A stretch of DNA of 64,000 nucleotides, taken from the NCBI RefSeq assembly GCF_009914755.1, contig NC_060934.1. One strand, given 5' to 3'. The stretch is from the human T2T-CHM13v2.0 reference genome, Homo sapiens. This document shows, one piece after another, positions 1-12,563 of the stretch (positions are counted from its first letter, which is position 1; the number at the start of each line of letters is the position of its first letter). A program made the position numbers and the translations under genes. Under the pieces are notes generated by a model. The model did not search any database, was not told where the DNA came from, and saw only the letters and a program-made list of their open reading frames with translations.

Positions 1-59
1 TTACTCAATGACTGTTATACATTCCAAAAATATGGTGATTGCAAAGGGTTTATAAAGGG

Positions 60-270
60 AAAATGTGCTTGGATAAAAGACATCAGTTAAAGTAATGGGT
101 ACCATCTGATTATTAGTATATGAAAAAGGCTGAAATAAAATACTCCCAAATGTAATCATGAGTGGTGAAGGCATGGATGATTTTTATTCCTTTTTTCTAC
201 TTTATGCATTTTTTATTTTTTATTTTATAAGCATGTACTGTTTTGTAATAAAAATTATTTTAGAAAAATA
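60..270 (+). mobile_element. Ancient L1 (L1ME-like) 3' end fragment
   Basis: AT-rich segment ending in ...tttattttataagcatgtactgttttgtaataaaa, typical of old L1M 3' termini. Confidence 0.5.
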
Positions 271-744
271 TGAGTGTTGCTAGGTGAGCATGGAAATTGG
301 ATGGGTTGAGGGACAGTTTGTACAGCTGGGGCAGCATTTGGAGAACCTTCCCTGCCCTGCTTTGGACCTACTCTCTGGTGACCGCAGTCCTTGTGCAGCC
401 AACATCGGCGTCTTTCTCTCGCCGGCCTATCCCAGGGGAGCCAGCTTCTCCGGCCAAGGCCCTTCTGGCCTCAGCTGGGACACACCTTGCCTTTCTACAG
501 GTAGTCAGCTCTGGCCACCTTGACTCATTAGTCAGGCTTGGCCCTTCCTCCAGCTCCGAGTCATCCCTTCAGGTAGTCCTCCTGCAGAGACTCGCTCTGT
601 TGTGTTGACCTTCGTCATTCTGTTCCCAAAATGTGATGGCATTTAGCTGAATCAGCTCCAAATTCCAGGACAGCTTTTTCAAGTTCCCTATACACTGAAG
701 AGGGAAAAGATCTCAGACATTCCTTCATTTTCATTCAAAATTAA

Positions 745-1010
745 ATTGGTAAGATTCATCTCTATCTTTATTGTCTGCTGTTATTCAGTTTTACTGCTCT
801 ATAACATCCCAATGTATAAACATATCACAATGTATTCATCTATTTCTTTCTGTTGATGAGATTTGAGCTATTTTCAATGTTTTGATTCTAGGAACAACAC
901 TGCTAGGAACAGCCTCATACACACCTAGGACAGGAATTGCCGGGTTTCCTCCCAGCAGGGCTTGTGAAGGCACAAATTTGCAAGCCATGCCAAACTGTTT
1001 TCCAAAATAG
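745..1010 (-). mobile_element. Ancient L1M ORF2 3'-end fragment
   Basis: gttgatgagatttgagctattttcaa...acacctaggacaggaattgccgg...ccaaactgttttccaaaa matches the antisense of the old L1 ORF2 3' region. Confidence 0.6.
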
Positions 1011-1337
1011 CAATAAAATTTTGAGACAAAAAATCCAAAAAGATTATACAAACTCTGTACTATCTTCTCAATTTTTCTGTAAACCTAATATTGTTCTTTT
1101 AAAAACTTATTTTTAAAAACTTTATAGCATAATGCCCTTTTTCAAAGTTAAAAATGATGAAAAGTAACAGTCTTTTTCAGGACTGCATTGAGATGTGATC
1201 AAATGGATGGCAAGGAAACCATCAACAGGAGTCTGTTCCCTTGGGTGAGGCAAGACCGCGTGCTCAGGCACTGTCAGTGCTCCAGCCCTCTTGCAGGATG
1301 AACAAACACTCATTGGTGCTCATTAGAGTGAAATAAA

Positions 1338-1572
1338 CAGAGGGAGGGAGGGAGAGAAGGAGGGAGGGAGGGAGGGAAGAAAGGAGAGAGGGAGGGGAGG
1401 GGAGGGAGAAAGGAAGGAAAGGAAAAAAGAAGAGAAGGAAGGAAGGGAGGGAGGGAGGGAGGGAGGGAGGGAGGAAGGAAGGAGCAAGGGGGAAGGGAGG
1501 GAGAGAGAGGGGGAAGGGAGGGAGAGAGGGAGGGAGGGAGGGAGGAAGGAAAGAGGAAAGGGAAAAAGAAGA
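1338..1572. repeat. GA-rich polypurine simple repeat (GGGA/GGAA)n
   Basis: About 235 bp of almost only G and A. Confidence 0.95.
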
Positions 1573-1650
1573 GTGTGTGTGCACTTGCATCTGCGCACTC
1601 GTGTGTGTGCGTGTGTGGGTGTGTGTGTGTGTACGTGAGCACATGTGTGT
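1573..1650. repeat. Imperfect (TG)n microsatellite
   Basis: gtgtgtgtgc...gtgtgtgtgtgtgt runs. Confidence 0.85.
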
Positions 1651-2005
1651 ATTTTTACTTCCCAGGTCCTTGCCCCGGTACCTGCACAGGACCCCACTCT
1701 CAGGGCCAAGATGCGGCTTGTCCCAGCCAGCCGACTGCAGCCCGGAGCCCTGGCCTGAGCTCCCAGTGGAGTCCCTGCTCCCACATCGCCGCCCACCAGA
1801 ATACACAGTGTCCTCACTGGGACACGTGGCTCTGATCTTGTCCCCTTCCCGAACCTGTGTCTTCCTGACCTGCTTCCATCCGGGCCTACTCATCTCTCAC
1901 CTCCACTATCGTTATCACCTCCCGCTACTACCCCTGCTGCCGGTCTCCTGCCTCCAGCTACCTTCTTTCTGAGTCCTGAGTCTGACCACATCACACCCCT
2001 GCTCA

Positions 2006-2341
<336 letters not shown>

Positions 2342-2654
2342 TCAAGGCCTGCATCCGGCTCCAGCTCCACCTGGCCTCCTTTGCCCTGTGCGCCGAGTCC
2401 AGCTCCTCCCTTTTCCCCGCATGACCCACTTCCTTGCTCTTCTGCGGCTTGGGGCACGTGTCCCCCACCTGGAAACCCTTCCCATCCCCAATCTCCTGCT
2501 GCTGCTGGGGAACGTGTGATTCCCCTCCCAGACCCTGCCTGGGAACTCTTCTCCTTAGCTCCTGCCCCCCTTTACATCAGTGCCCACCCCCCAACTTTGG
2601 CACCCCCAGGAGGCCACTCAACAGCACCCACCATCCATGTTCTTATCCTTTCCA

Positions 2655-2740
2655 GCAGACTGTGAGTGCCTTGAGGGCAGGGCCCTCAGGCTTCATCAAA
2701 TCCCAGTGCCTCACTCAGCAAGTGCTCACTGAATAAATGA
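2655..2740 (+). mobile_element. L2 3' end fragment
   Basis: agactgtgagtgccttgagggcagg...gtgctcactgaataaatgaa. Confidence 0.6.
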
Positions 2741-3458
2741 AGGACATGTCCCCTTTAAAGGTTAAAGATGTTTGACTTCTCTCTGCAATTACATTTTCCA
2801 TCCTCTGATTCAAAACCTTGCTGGCCTGGTGGGAGGAAAGACCAGTGGGAAACATCTGCCTGGTGAGTTGACACGGGTGGGGACGGAGGACGGAAAGAAA
2901 TCTGGCGTCTCCCGTTTACCACGGAGGCTGAACTTGGAAGGAAAATGTGCAGTCCCAGCAGAATGGACGAGTGAGGACAGCAGCTGCCCCGGGGCTGCCC
3001 GCGGGCTGAACGGCAGATGGGGGACTCAGGCGGGGGCCAGGGGTCTGCAGGCCCCAGGCCTTCTCTGGCCACAGTGGGGAAGAGCTGATCCAGGCCGGGC
3101 CAGCTGCTGGCCCGGATGCTCTTCCTCTAAAGGATGTTTCATTCCTGATCCGTTTCAGGGAGGGATGGAGAGAGGCGCCCTGTGGTGCATCTCTTTTGTG
3201 TGCCTCAGTAGGAGAAGCTGGGGGCAATGTTCCTGTCGGGAAACAACTGCATTTTTAAAAGAATAATAGAAGGTTTACTTAAGGACAGCGTCTGTCCCAA
3301 AATTACCTTACAGAGAGAGAGACATGGAGAAGATGAGGAGGAAAGAGGCCTGGCCTGACCCTCAGAGGCCCATTGGGCAGCTGGTTAGAACCTGGAATGG
3401 GCTTGGGAGGCACATTTTTTTTTTTGGTCACTATTCTGCGTTGTTGCTCAAACTGAAC

Positions 3459-4307
3459 TTTTTTTTTATATATACTTTTTAAGTTCTAGGGTACATGTGC
3501 ACAACGTGCTCCCCACCCTGCGTCCGAGTGTTCTCATTGTTCAATTCCCACCTATGAGTGAGAACATGCAGTGTTTGGTTTTCTGTCCTTGCGATAGTTT
3601 GCTCAGAATGATGGTTTCCAGCTTCATCCATGTCCCTGCAAAGAACATGAGCTCATCCTTTTTTATGGCTGCATAGTATTCCATGGCGTACATGTGCCAC
3701 ATTTTCTTAATCCAGTCTATCATTGATGGACATTTGGGTTGGTTCCAAGTCTTTGCTCTTGTGAATAGTTCCACAATAAACATATGTGTGCATGTGTCTT
3801 TATAGCAGCATGATTTATAATCCTTTGGGTATATACCCAGTAATGGGATGGCTGGGTCAAATGGTATTTCTAGTTCCAGATCCTTGAGGAATTGCCACAC
3901 TGTCTTCCACAATGGTTGAACTAGTTTACAGTCCCACCAACAGCGTAAAAGCATTCCTATTTCTCCACATCCTCTCCAGCACCTGTTATTTCCTGACTTT
4001 TTAATGATCGCCATTCTAACTGGTGTGAGATGGTATCTCACTGTGGTTTTGATTTGCATTTCTCTGATGGCCAGTGATGATGAGCATTTTTTCATGTGTC
4101 TGTTGGCTGCATAAATGTCTTCTTTTGAGAAGTGTCTGTTCATATCCTTCACCCACTTTTTGATGGGATTGTTTGATTTTTTCTTGTAAATTTGTGTAAG
4201 TTCTTTGTAGATTCTGGATATTAGTCCTTTGTCACATGGGTAGATTGTAAAAATTTTCTCCCATTCTGTAGGTTGCCTGTTCACTCTGATGGTAGTTTCT
4301 TTTGCTG
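3459..4307 (-). mobile_element. L1PA (about PA4-PA7), 5'-truncated, with an internal 3'UTR deletion
   Basis: T tract then tatactttttaagttctagggtacatgtgcacaacgtgc; continuous antisense ORF2 to ...gtttcttttgctg. Confidence 0.95.
3541..4284 (-). pseudogene. LINE-1 ORF2p C-terminal remnant (247 codons open, no EN or RT domain)
   Basis: Translation [11 protein letters not shown]...[29 protein letters not shown]...MFSLIGGN is the L1 ORF2 C-terminus; the His of the CCHC motif is replaced by Arg. Confidence 0.95.
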
Positions 4308-4834
4308 GAGATGCATCTTATCCATAGTGGTTCAGGAGCCCTCCTGAAAGGTAGAGGGCCCGGGGCCATGTTGCCCCAGTGCAGCTGGAGGTCATTCTTC
4401 AATACCCTATTTGTGCCCTCCAGGTGCCAGCCAATCTGTTGCCAAGTATCAGCCAACAAGTCCCCCAGTGCCTGACGGCAACCACTTTCCTTCCCTCTCT
4501 GATCATTTAGCAGCCAAGCCATAGGGGGCGGGGGCAAGGGGTGCCTTGGGGCCTCCCTGCTTTATAGCCCCATAGAGAGCAGGGCTGAGAAGGATGCAAG
4601 CCCTCGTGCAGATCAAAGATGCCGTTTTGCCACAGGGGAAACAGAGGGGGAAGGGACTTGCCCAAGGCCACCCAGCAAGCCGGGGCTGAGACCCGGAGGG
4701 GCTCCTTTCATAGCTGAGCCAAGAGCCCAGGACCCTCATCCTCACTCAGGGTCAGCAGTGGCTTCCTTGCCTGCATGGTGAAAGTCCAAAGGCCTCATAT
4801 TGGTGAGAGCGCATTCATAGTAGTGACCCCTTGC

Positions 4835-5030
4835 CTTTACTTACTGATACTTACTACCGACCTCACTCTGTTCTAAAGCACTTGACCTGCATCATCGTGC
4901 TGAACCTTCATAATAATTCTGAGGAGGGAGAAACAGGCGGGCCCATTTCACAGATGAAGAACTTGAGGTTCACAGAGGGTAGGTGGCCTTTCCACAACCA
5001 CTTGCAGGTAGGCTGGAACTCAAGCCCGGA
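4835..5030 (-). mobile_element. MIR
   Basis: Antisense core cccatttcacagatgaagaacttgagg. Confidence 0.75.
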
Positions 5031-5159
5031 CAGTGAAAGCACTCAGACACCACCCCCCCACTGACCCAGAAGAGCAGTGAGGCGGGGCTCTCTCAGTTCT
5101 CTCAGGACCGATCCTCACGGCCTCCCTTCATCTAAGGTCAGGGAAACACTCAAAGGGTA

Positions 5160-5336
5160 GACGTTAAGGCTCTGGAGACATGTGACCAGTCGTGGGGCTC
5201 TGTGCATACCTGGCCAAATCTCCTGATCCCACTGTGCCTCAGTTTCTTCATCTGTAAAAAGAACATCCTAAGAGTACCGACCTCACAGCATTGTTAGAAG
5301 GACTGAGTTAGTTAGGACCACGCCTGACACAGCACA
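5160..5336 (+). mobile_element. MIR (interrupted by MLT1D)
   Basis: Core ctgtgcctcagtttcttcatctgtaaaa. Confidence 0.75.
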
Positions 5337-5815
5337 TGGGTGGACAGAATGCTGGACCTGAAAGACATCCACGTCCTAATTCCAGGTCCTGTGAAGATGT
5401 TCCCTTACATGGCAAAAGGGACTTTAGAGATGTGATTAAATCAATGATCTAGAGACCGGGGTGGGGGGAGGGGGCAGTTATCCTGGACTAGCCAGTGGGC
5501 CCAGTGCAATGTAATCCCATGGGTCCTTACAAGAGGGAGGCAGAAGCGTCAGATAAGGAGAAGTGAGGACAAGCAGAGGTCCAAGCAAGGCAGGCTCACG
5601 AGCCAAGGAGGGCCACCTCTAACAGCTGGGAACACCAGGAATCGGATTCTTCCCTGCAGCCCCTAGAAAGAACCAGCTCTGCTGACACCTTGACTGTAGC
5701 CTAATGGACCAATTTGGGGCTTCTGGCCTCCAGGACTGCAAGATAACAAAATCATGTTGTTTTAAGCCATTACATTTGTGGTAATTTGTTCCTCGCATGA
5801 TAGGAAGCTGACGCA
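5337..5815 (+). mobile_element. MLT1D-like MaLR solo LTR
   Basis: ttacatggcaaaagggacttt...gatgtgattaa...tgttgttttaagccattacatttgtggtaatttgtt. Confidence 0.85.
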
Positions 5816-6899
5816 GGGCACTGGCGTTATCATTATGATTAACTACAGGAGCGCTAGTGTGGGCTGGGCCTCTCACTGTACCCCGGTGATAAGTCAGGCA
5901 AGCCCTGGCCCGAGAGGACCCCTCAGACCAAAGAGAGACAGAGGCGCATCCTCGGAACAGCGGAGCGCAGGAAGGTTGTGACTGTGACTGGCGGGGCTGA
6001 AACAGTGGGGCTCAGAGTAGGGCAGCTGCTCCACAGACAGGCTGGGGAGGAGCTTCAGCTCTTCTGCTCCGTTCACACCTCACCACCCGGCCTGGAATCG
6101 TACCCACCTCTACCACCCAGTTGACCCAGGACACAGCCCAAAGCCCCAGCCGATCTTCTTTACTCCCAGGCCCTGCCAAGTGACAGTCTCCTCCATGTCC
6201 TCCACCATCTTCACACGCCTCTGGCATCGTGGGGTCCCCTCCCGGGATGGGCTGAGTTATTTCTCATTATGCAGCCATCGTCCATTTGACCGTGACTGAG
6301 CAGCGCTTGCTGGGAACTCGGTGGAAGGGGATCTGGATTCAGGTCCGGCTCTGCCCGGGGAGGGTGGGCCGGGCAGCCCCACTGCTTGTCTAGAAGGCAA
6401 GGTGAATGTCCTTGCTGGTCTCCAGCACTCCTGGAGCTCCGGCCTTCTGCAGGGCAGAGTCTAAGCATCTAGTGTGGTTTACAAAGACCCCCAGGATGTG
6501 GCCCCGCCACCTCTATGCCCGGCTCACACCCACACATCTGCCCTGGGCAAGGGCTTGCTTTTCTGCTAACACGCCAGGGCGCGTGCCCACCCTGTGATGC
6601 TTGGCCTCACTGCCCGCCAGCCCCCACCCATCTCCTGTCCCCCTTCCCCGCTGTAGCTAGGTGACCCCATGGAGCTCCCGCAGGCCCCTGCATCTCGGCA
6701 CTCACCACCCAGGCTGTCCTGGACAGTTGACCAGAGACCCCCACCAGCAGTGGGGAGCCCCCTGCCTGGACCCCTGGAGCTTGGTAGAGCAACAGGCACA
6801 CAGGAAGTGCTTTGGAAATGGTGAATGAAGGAACAGGCAGGGGTCAGGCTTGGATGTCCCCATGTCCCACCGTGCCAGCGCTCATCCTGTTATCCCTTA

Positions 6900-7045
6900 A
6901 CACTCCAAAGGTGAGTCCAGAGGCCCCACCTCAGAGCTTAGCAGAGACATGGAATCTCAGCCCCACCCAGACGAGCGGAATCAGAATCTGCACTTCAAGA
7001 AGAGCCTGGCGACTCCCAGGCAGGCTCGAATTGGAGAAGCTCTGT
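6900..7045. mobile_element. MER5A-like hAT-Charlie MITE
   Basis: gaatctcagcccccacccagac...gaatcagaatctgcactt...ttggagaagctctg. Confidence 0.65.
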
Positions 7046-7196
7046 TGCTGGATGGGAAGGAGGGCTTCCCATCAGGACATGCGGTCCCTGAGCTAGTAGG
7101 GTCTCGGAGAAGGGAACCTGCCAAGGTCATCCAGCAGAATGTTGCTAGCTGGAGCCAGAAACCTGGTCTTCAGGCTCCAAGTGCACTGCACCTTTG

Positions 7197-7252
7197 AGGA
7201 AGGTGACCCCAGAATACAAACAGGAAGGTGACCCCAGAATACAAACAGGAAG
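7197..7252. repeat. Perfect 25-bp tandem duplication (2.2 copies)
   Basis: aggaaggtgaccccagaatacaaac x2 plus aggaag. Confidence 0.95.
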
Positions 7253-7424
7253 CTGCCCTGCCCAGCCAGCGGTCTTCTCTTCCTCATCAGGACCTTCTCT
7301 GATCTACTTGGGAGCTGGGGAGAGCAGGTAGATGGTGGGCCCAGGGAAGGACAGTGCTGCACAGGCCGGGTGACCAGGGAGGCTCCCTGCCGATTGCCTC
7401 CCTAAAGTGGAAAAGACACAGCCG

Positions 7425-7717
<293 letters not shown>

Positions 7718-8299
7718 GGACACAGCCAACAGTGTGGGGCCTCCTCCCTCTGCCATTGGCTGCTCTCAGAGCCAGAGGATGGACAGATGCAGGGGCTGCA
7801 GGAGGATGCTGGGGGTTGCAGGGGCTTCTGCAGGAAGCACAGGCTGAGCTCCAGGCTGTACCAATGGCAGCGCCAAGAGCCTTCCCAGACAAACTTCCTC
7901 CCCTCAGCCAAGCCAGGGGATGTGCGCCTGATGGTCACTGCCCAGGAAGGCACCTCAGCTGCAGAACTAGGACCAGAGGATGTTTCCAGGCCGAAGAGCA
8001 CGTCCTCAGGCCAAACAGGATGGCTTCCTGTGTTTGCTGATGCAGGATGTGTGCCCCTCACTGCTGGGAATGTCACTGACTCGTCACAACAGAAAAACAG
8101 CAGATAAATCCACCTTCTGTCCAACCTGGAGTGATCTTGGAGAGGTCTGCATTCAGCCATGCTGTGCCTGCAGATGCACTGAGTGGGGCTGTCCCCAAGT
8201 CCTCCGACCCTCCCGCCGGACCTCAGGGAGCCCCGGCTCTGAGGCCAGTGCCAAGTGCAGCCCGAGGTTGAGGGACCGGATCTTGGAGGCTGAGAGCCC

Positions 8300-8452
8300 A
8301 CTCCATCACCTGCCTAACACCTTCATGCCTCAGTTTCCTCATCTGTAAAATGGGGCTCTGAATAGGACCTTCCTCATAGAGAACCATGGGAGGATTGATT
8401 GAATGAGAGCTTTTTATGTTAATGATTAGAACAGTGTCTGGCATAGTACACA

Positions 8453-8455
<3 letters not shown>
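8300..8455 (+). mobile_element. MIR
   Basis: Core gcctcagtttcctcatctgtaaaatgggg. Confidence 0.85.
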
Positions 8456-8486
<31 letters not shown>

Positions 8487-8488
8487 AA

Positions 8489-8797
<309 letters not shown>

Positions 8798-8963
8798 CTA
8801 GATACTTCCATTATGATGATTACCTTATTATCTCCTTAGTTCCCAAACTGGAAACTTCTCATTCCTCTTCTCACTCACCCTCATGCTGGCCCTTGCAGTG
8901 GGAGACAACAGGAGACAGGTCACTGTGGTCACTGTGCCAGCTCTCCACCATGCACTCCTCCAC

Positions 8964-9412
8964 TGCAGGGGCCAGCAGCTTCTGAAGTGCCCCCCCGTGA
9001 TCCCCACCCCCTGGCATTTATGTCCTTGAAAGTGGACTTGTCTTAGTGACTTACTTCTCATGTGTAGGACCCAGCAGAAGTACCAGAACATCACTTTGGG
9101 ATTAGGTTATAAAAAGACTGCAGCTTCCGTCTTGCCCTCTCTTGGATGGCCCACATTGGGGGAAGCCATCTGCCATGTCATGAGCCAGCCCTATGGGGTT
9201 GTGTATGTGAATGACCTCCCCAACCAAACCTTGAGAAGGCTGAAGCCCCAGCAACCCCTTGACTAAATCATCATAAGAAACCCTAAACCTGAACTTCTTC
9301 GGTAAGCTGCCCCTAGATTCCTGACCCACAGAATAGTGAAATAAATGTGTGCAAATAAATGTGCACCTAAGTTTTGCGGTAATTTGGTATGCGGCTATAG
9401 ACACCTAACACA
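8964..9412 (+). mobile_element. MLT1E/F-like MaLR LTR
   Basis: gattaggttataaaaagactgcagcttc...gggggaagccatctgccatgt...gattcctgacccacagaa. Confidence 0.8.
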
Positions 9413-9670
9413 CTCAGCAAACTCCTACTCATTGGTCAAGACCCAGGTGAAATGCCCCCTCCTCCATGAAGCCTTTCAAAGTACTTTGTACTTGTACTTA
9501 TCCCATGATCAGTTCTCACGCTGTTCTGTCATTTCAGTTTGCAAGACAAGCCTGCTCCCACCATGAGGCCTTGATCTCCTGAAGGGTAGGGACAGGGTCT
9601 TGGTCATCCAGGCCAAGCACAGAGCCTGTCAGTCAGTCAGTCAGCAGGACCTCAGTCATTGTTTAGTCAA
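9413..9670 (+). mobile_element. L2 fragment
   Basis: aaactcctactcatt..tcaagacccag...ctcctccatgaagccttt; ctcctgaagggtagggac. Confidence 0.6.
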
Positions 9671-10471
9671 AGAATAAGTGACTTACACAGCAGCCGCCAC
9701 CCTACAGGCCACCATCTTGCACACTTCCCTTCTGGCTCCAGGAGGCTGCCTGGTGTGCTCCACCTGGAGTCCACAGGCTGGCCAGCTCGAGCTTGGGCCC
9801 AGTCCTTACATCTGCCCCAGAGGAGGTGACAATGATTTCAAAGATCATACCAGTGCACACCCAGCCTCCCACCCAAGCCAGCATGCCCCGTCACCATGGT
9901 CAGTAAGAGTCCCCAGGGCAGGGCCCAGAGGGGTAGAAAGGAGACAGCTTTCTTGCTGGATGTGTCTGTCACTCCAAGTGTGGGTTCCTTCCAGTAAGGA
10001 AGGACAGCTCTCCATGCCCTGCGCAGGCAGTGAGTGGGTGAGAGAGAGAGGAGTGAGCGGGCAAACCGACAGATGGACGGATGGATGGGCGGTGGGACCA
10101 CAGACTGGATTCCTCTATAGACACGCCAGGCCTTCAGCTCAGGTGCAGCACAGCTTCCTGGCATGCGTGCTGGACTAGGGACTGGGTCCTCACATCCACA
10201 TCAAATGCCTGCTCCCCAGGGACACTGGGCAAGTCCTCTCCCTGTGTGTGCCATGCCCTTTGACACACAGCCTCAGGTCATCCCACAACACGCCCAGGAC
10301 TTGCCATCTCACAGATAGGGAGAGTGAGGTGGACGGAGGCTGAGCAGCTTGTTCAAGGTCATGCACACAGTAGAGCCAGGAATCCCTCCATGGCCAAGTG
10401 GGCCCCTGACACTAGATGCTGGCCAGGGTCACCAGGCGACCTGGACATCCCTCAGCCTTTCACAACACCAC

Positions 10472-10916
10472 TGGAGTGGGTTGAAGGGTGATCTCCAAAA
10501 AGACACGTCCATGTGATAGCAGAACCTGTGATTGTGACCTTATTGGGAATTTTTTTTTTCTTTGCAAATGTAGTTTAAGGACCTCAAGATGAGATCATCC
10601 TGCTTTAGGATGGACCCTAAATCCAGTGACACACGTCCTTGTGAGACACAGAAGATACACAGAGGGGAGGGCCAGGGGAAGACAGAGGCAGAGACAGGAG
10701 TGAGGTGGCCACAAGCAGGGAAGGGTGACTGCCCGCAGCCACCCCAAGGTGAAGAGGCTAGAAGGGGTTCTCCCTGCAGCCTCCAGCGGGGCGTGACCCC
10801 ACCGACACCTGGAGTTTGAACTTCCGGCCTCCGGAACTGTGAGAGAATGGATTCCTATTGTTTTTAGCCACCAACTTTATGGTGATTTGTTGCCACAGCC
10901 CTGGTAAAATAATGCA
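10472..10916 (+). mobile_element. MLT1C/B-like MaLR LTR
   Basis: gagatcatcctg...ccctaaatccagtgac...cttccggcctccggaactgtgagagaat. Confidence 0.85.
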
Positions 10917-12175
10917 ACACCTTACATAGAAAATGGCTATTTCTGCAGCACACTCAGGTACACTGAGGCTGCTTATGCTGGACACTCCCAGCCTGGGGGT
11001 GTTGGCTGCCACCCCCGCAAGCCTCACCAAGGGCTGAGATATCAAAACACCCAGGTTTTGGCACCTGATAAAACACCATGTCACCTGAAAAGCCCTGGCT
11101 CAGAAACTCCGCCAGGAGCATCCTGAAGTGTCCACGTCCCTCTCGCCCACGTTTTTGGTGCACTGTGACTCTAATATGCTTCATTGGTAGTTGATTTTCC
11201 CCCACTGATTTTAAGTGAGGGTTTGGTGGAAATGACAGCCATGACCCCCACCCCGATCAGAGTGGACAGCTGGCTCAGGGTATCCTGGGGCTTGGCAGAA
11301 CTTATGCAGCAGTGTGTGACCTGGGGGCATAGGTGCAGAGATGGGGTGGCGAGTTCCCTGAGGTTTTGGGCGGAACACTGGCCAGGGGTTGTCCAGCCAC
11401 AGTCAGCCTCAGCCATTTCCTGCCATCCATCCCTATCCCGATTAACCTCCCAGGCAGGGACAGGTGGTTTCCACCTGTCGTTGACATTGTCGTCAGATAT
11501 TAACTGAGGTGATCTTAGGAACTCCAAGTTCCTGAGAACTTCTTAAGCCCTGAAATTCTTTCATACAACTTCCTACACCCTTCACAGTGGTGGCTGGTGG
11601 TTTGTTGTGTCTTGTTTTGTTCTTTACAGCAGGCTTACCATGGTTTTCTTCCGTTTTAAAGAGAAAAAAAAAAAGGAAAGGATCTGAAAAGTCTTGAAGG
11701 GACATGTTTATGAATCTAAACTTGGCTCACCTTGTGGTGGATACAGCAGACACATCACTGACCTGCTGGAGAGGCCTCGAGAGCTACAGTGGTGTAGACC
11801 TTGCTTGTGGGGAAGAGTAGGCACCAGCAATTCCAGCAGGACAGAGATGAAACCACCTGAAAAATCCTCCTCCCTGTCTTCAACCTTGGAAATGCAAGCC
11901 CAGCCAGGATGGCTGGTATCTGGTCAGAAGCCAGCCCGCCCTCTATGACAGCTGAGCAAACCTTCCTAGAACTCCTGGAGACAAGGACACAGGGACAGCT
12001 CAGAGGACTTGGGAACCCAGCACCCTGTGCTGTTAGCCCGTCAGCACTACTGTTATTTTTGCTTGCCAATTTCACAACAGTGACCCGCTCAGGTCCCAAA
12101 AGAGTAGGTATTTTATTAGTATGAGATCTGCTCTTTCGTGTTCCTCAATATTGGCTAAGGTATATAAATTGTAAA

Positions 12176-12200
12176 TAGCGCCCCCTAAGGCAAGTGCTGT
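12176..12200 (-). promoter_or_regulatory. Candidate CTCF site
   Basis: Minus strand cacagcacttgccttAGGGGGCGCTA; 3' core matches the consensus, CpG retained, in unique sequence. Confidence 0.4.
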
Positions 12201-12229
12201 GGGATCATTGCTATCATCATCCTTGGTGT

Positions 12230-12563
12230 CTGCAGGAAACCAATGACCATGTCGTGAAGACACTCAAGAAGCCCTCTGGAGAGGTGCACATGGCAAGGAA
12301 CTGAGGCCTCCTGCCCACAGCTGCACATACATGCCAGCCACATGCGGAGCCACCTGGGGAGGAGAGTCTCTAACCCCAGACCAACCTTCAACGATGGCAG
12401 CCCCATCAATATCAGACTACAGCCTCATGAGAGACCGCAAGCTAGACCACTTACCACTCCCAAATTCCTGACTGCAGGACCTGTGTGTGTTAGTAAGTGT
12501 ATATTCTTGTTTTAAGGCACTAAATATGGGGTAATCTGCTACCAGTAACAGATAACTAGTGCA
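12230..12563 (+). mobile_element. MLT1F-like MaLR LTR (3' part)
   Basis: ggcaaggaactgaggcctcctgcc...cccaaattcctgac...ggggtaatctgct..cagataacta. Confidence 0.75.

Noticed and set aside
1264-1972. Long overlapping ORFs (up to 209 aa)
   Set aside because: Low-complexity translations (PSLP, HT, CV repeats) of the GA and TG simple repeats
2860-3130. CpG-containing GC-rich patch as a CpG-island promoter
   Set aside because: Too short and CpG density only modest by eye; no downstream exon evident
3541-4284. 247-codon open L1 ORF2 as a domesticated gene
   Set aside because: An open stretch this long is unsurprising in a young L1PA; it has no promoter, EN or RT, and the CCHC His is lost
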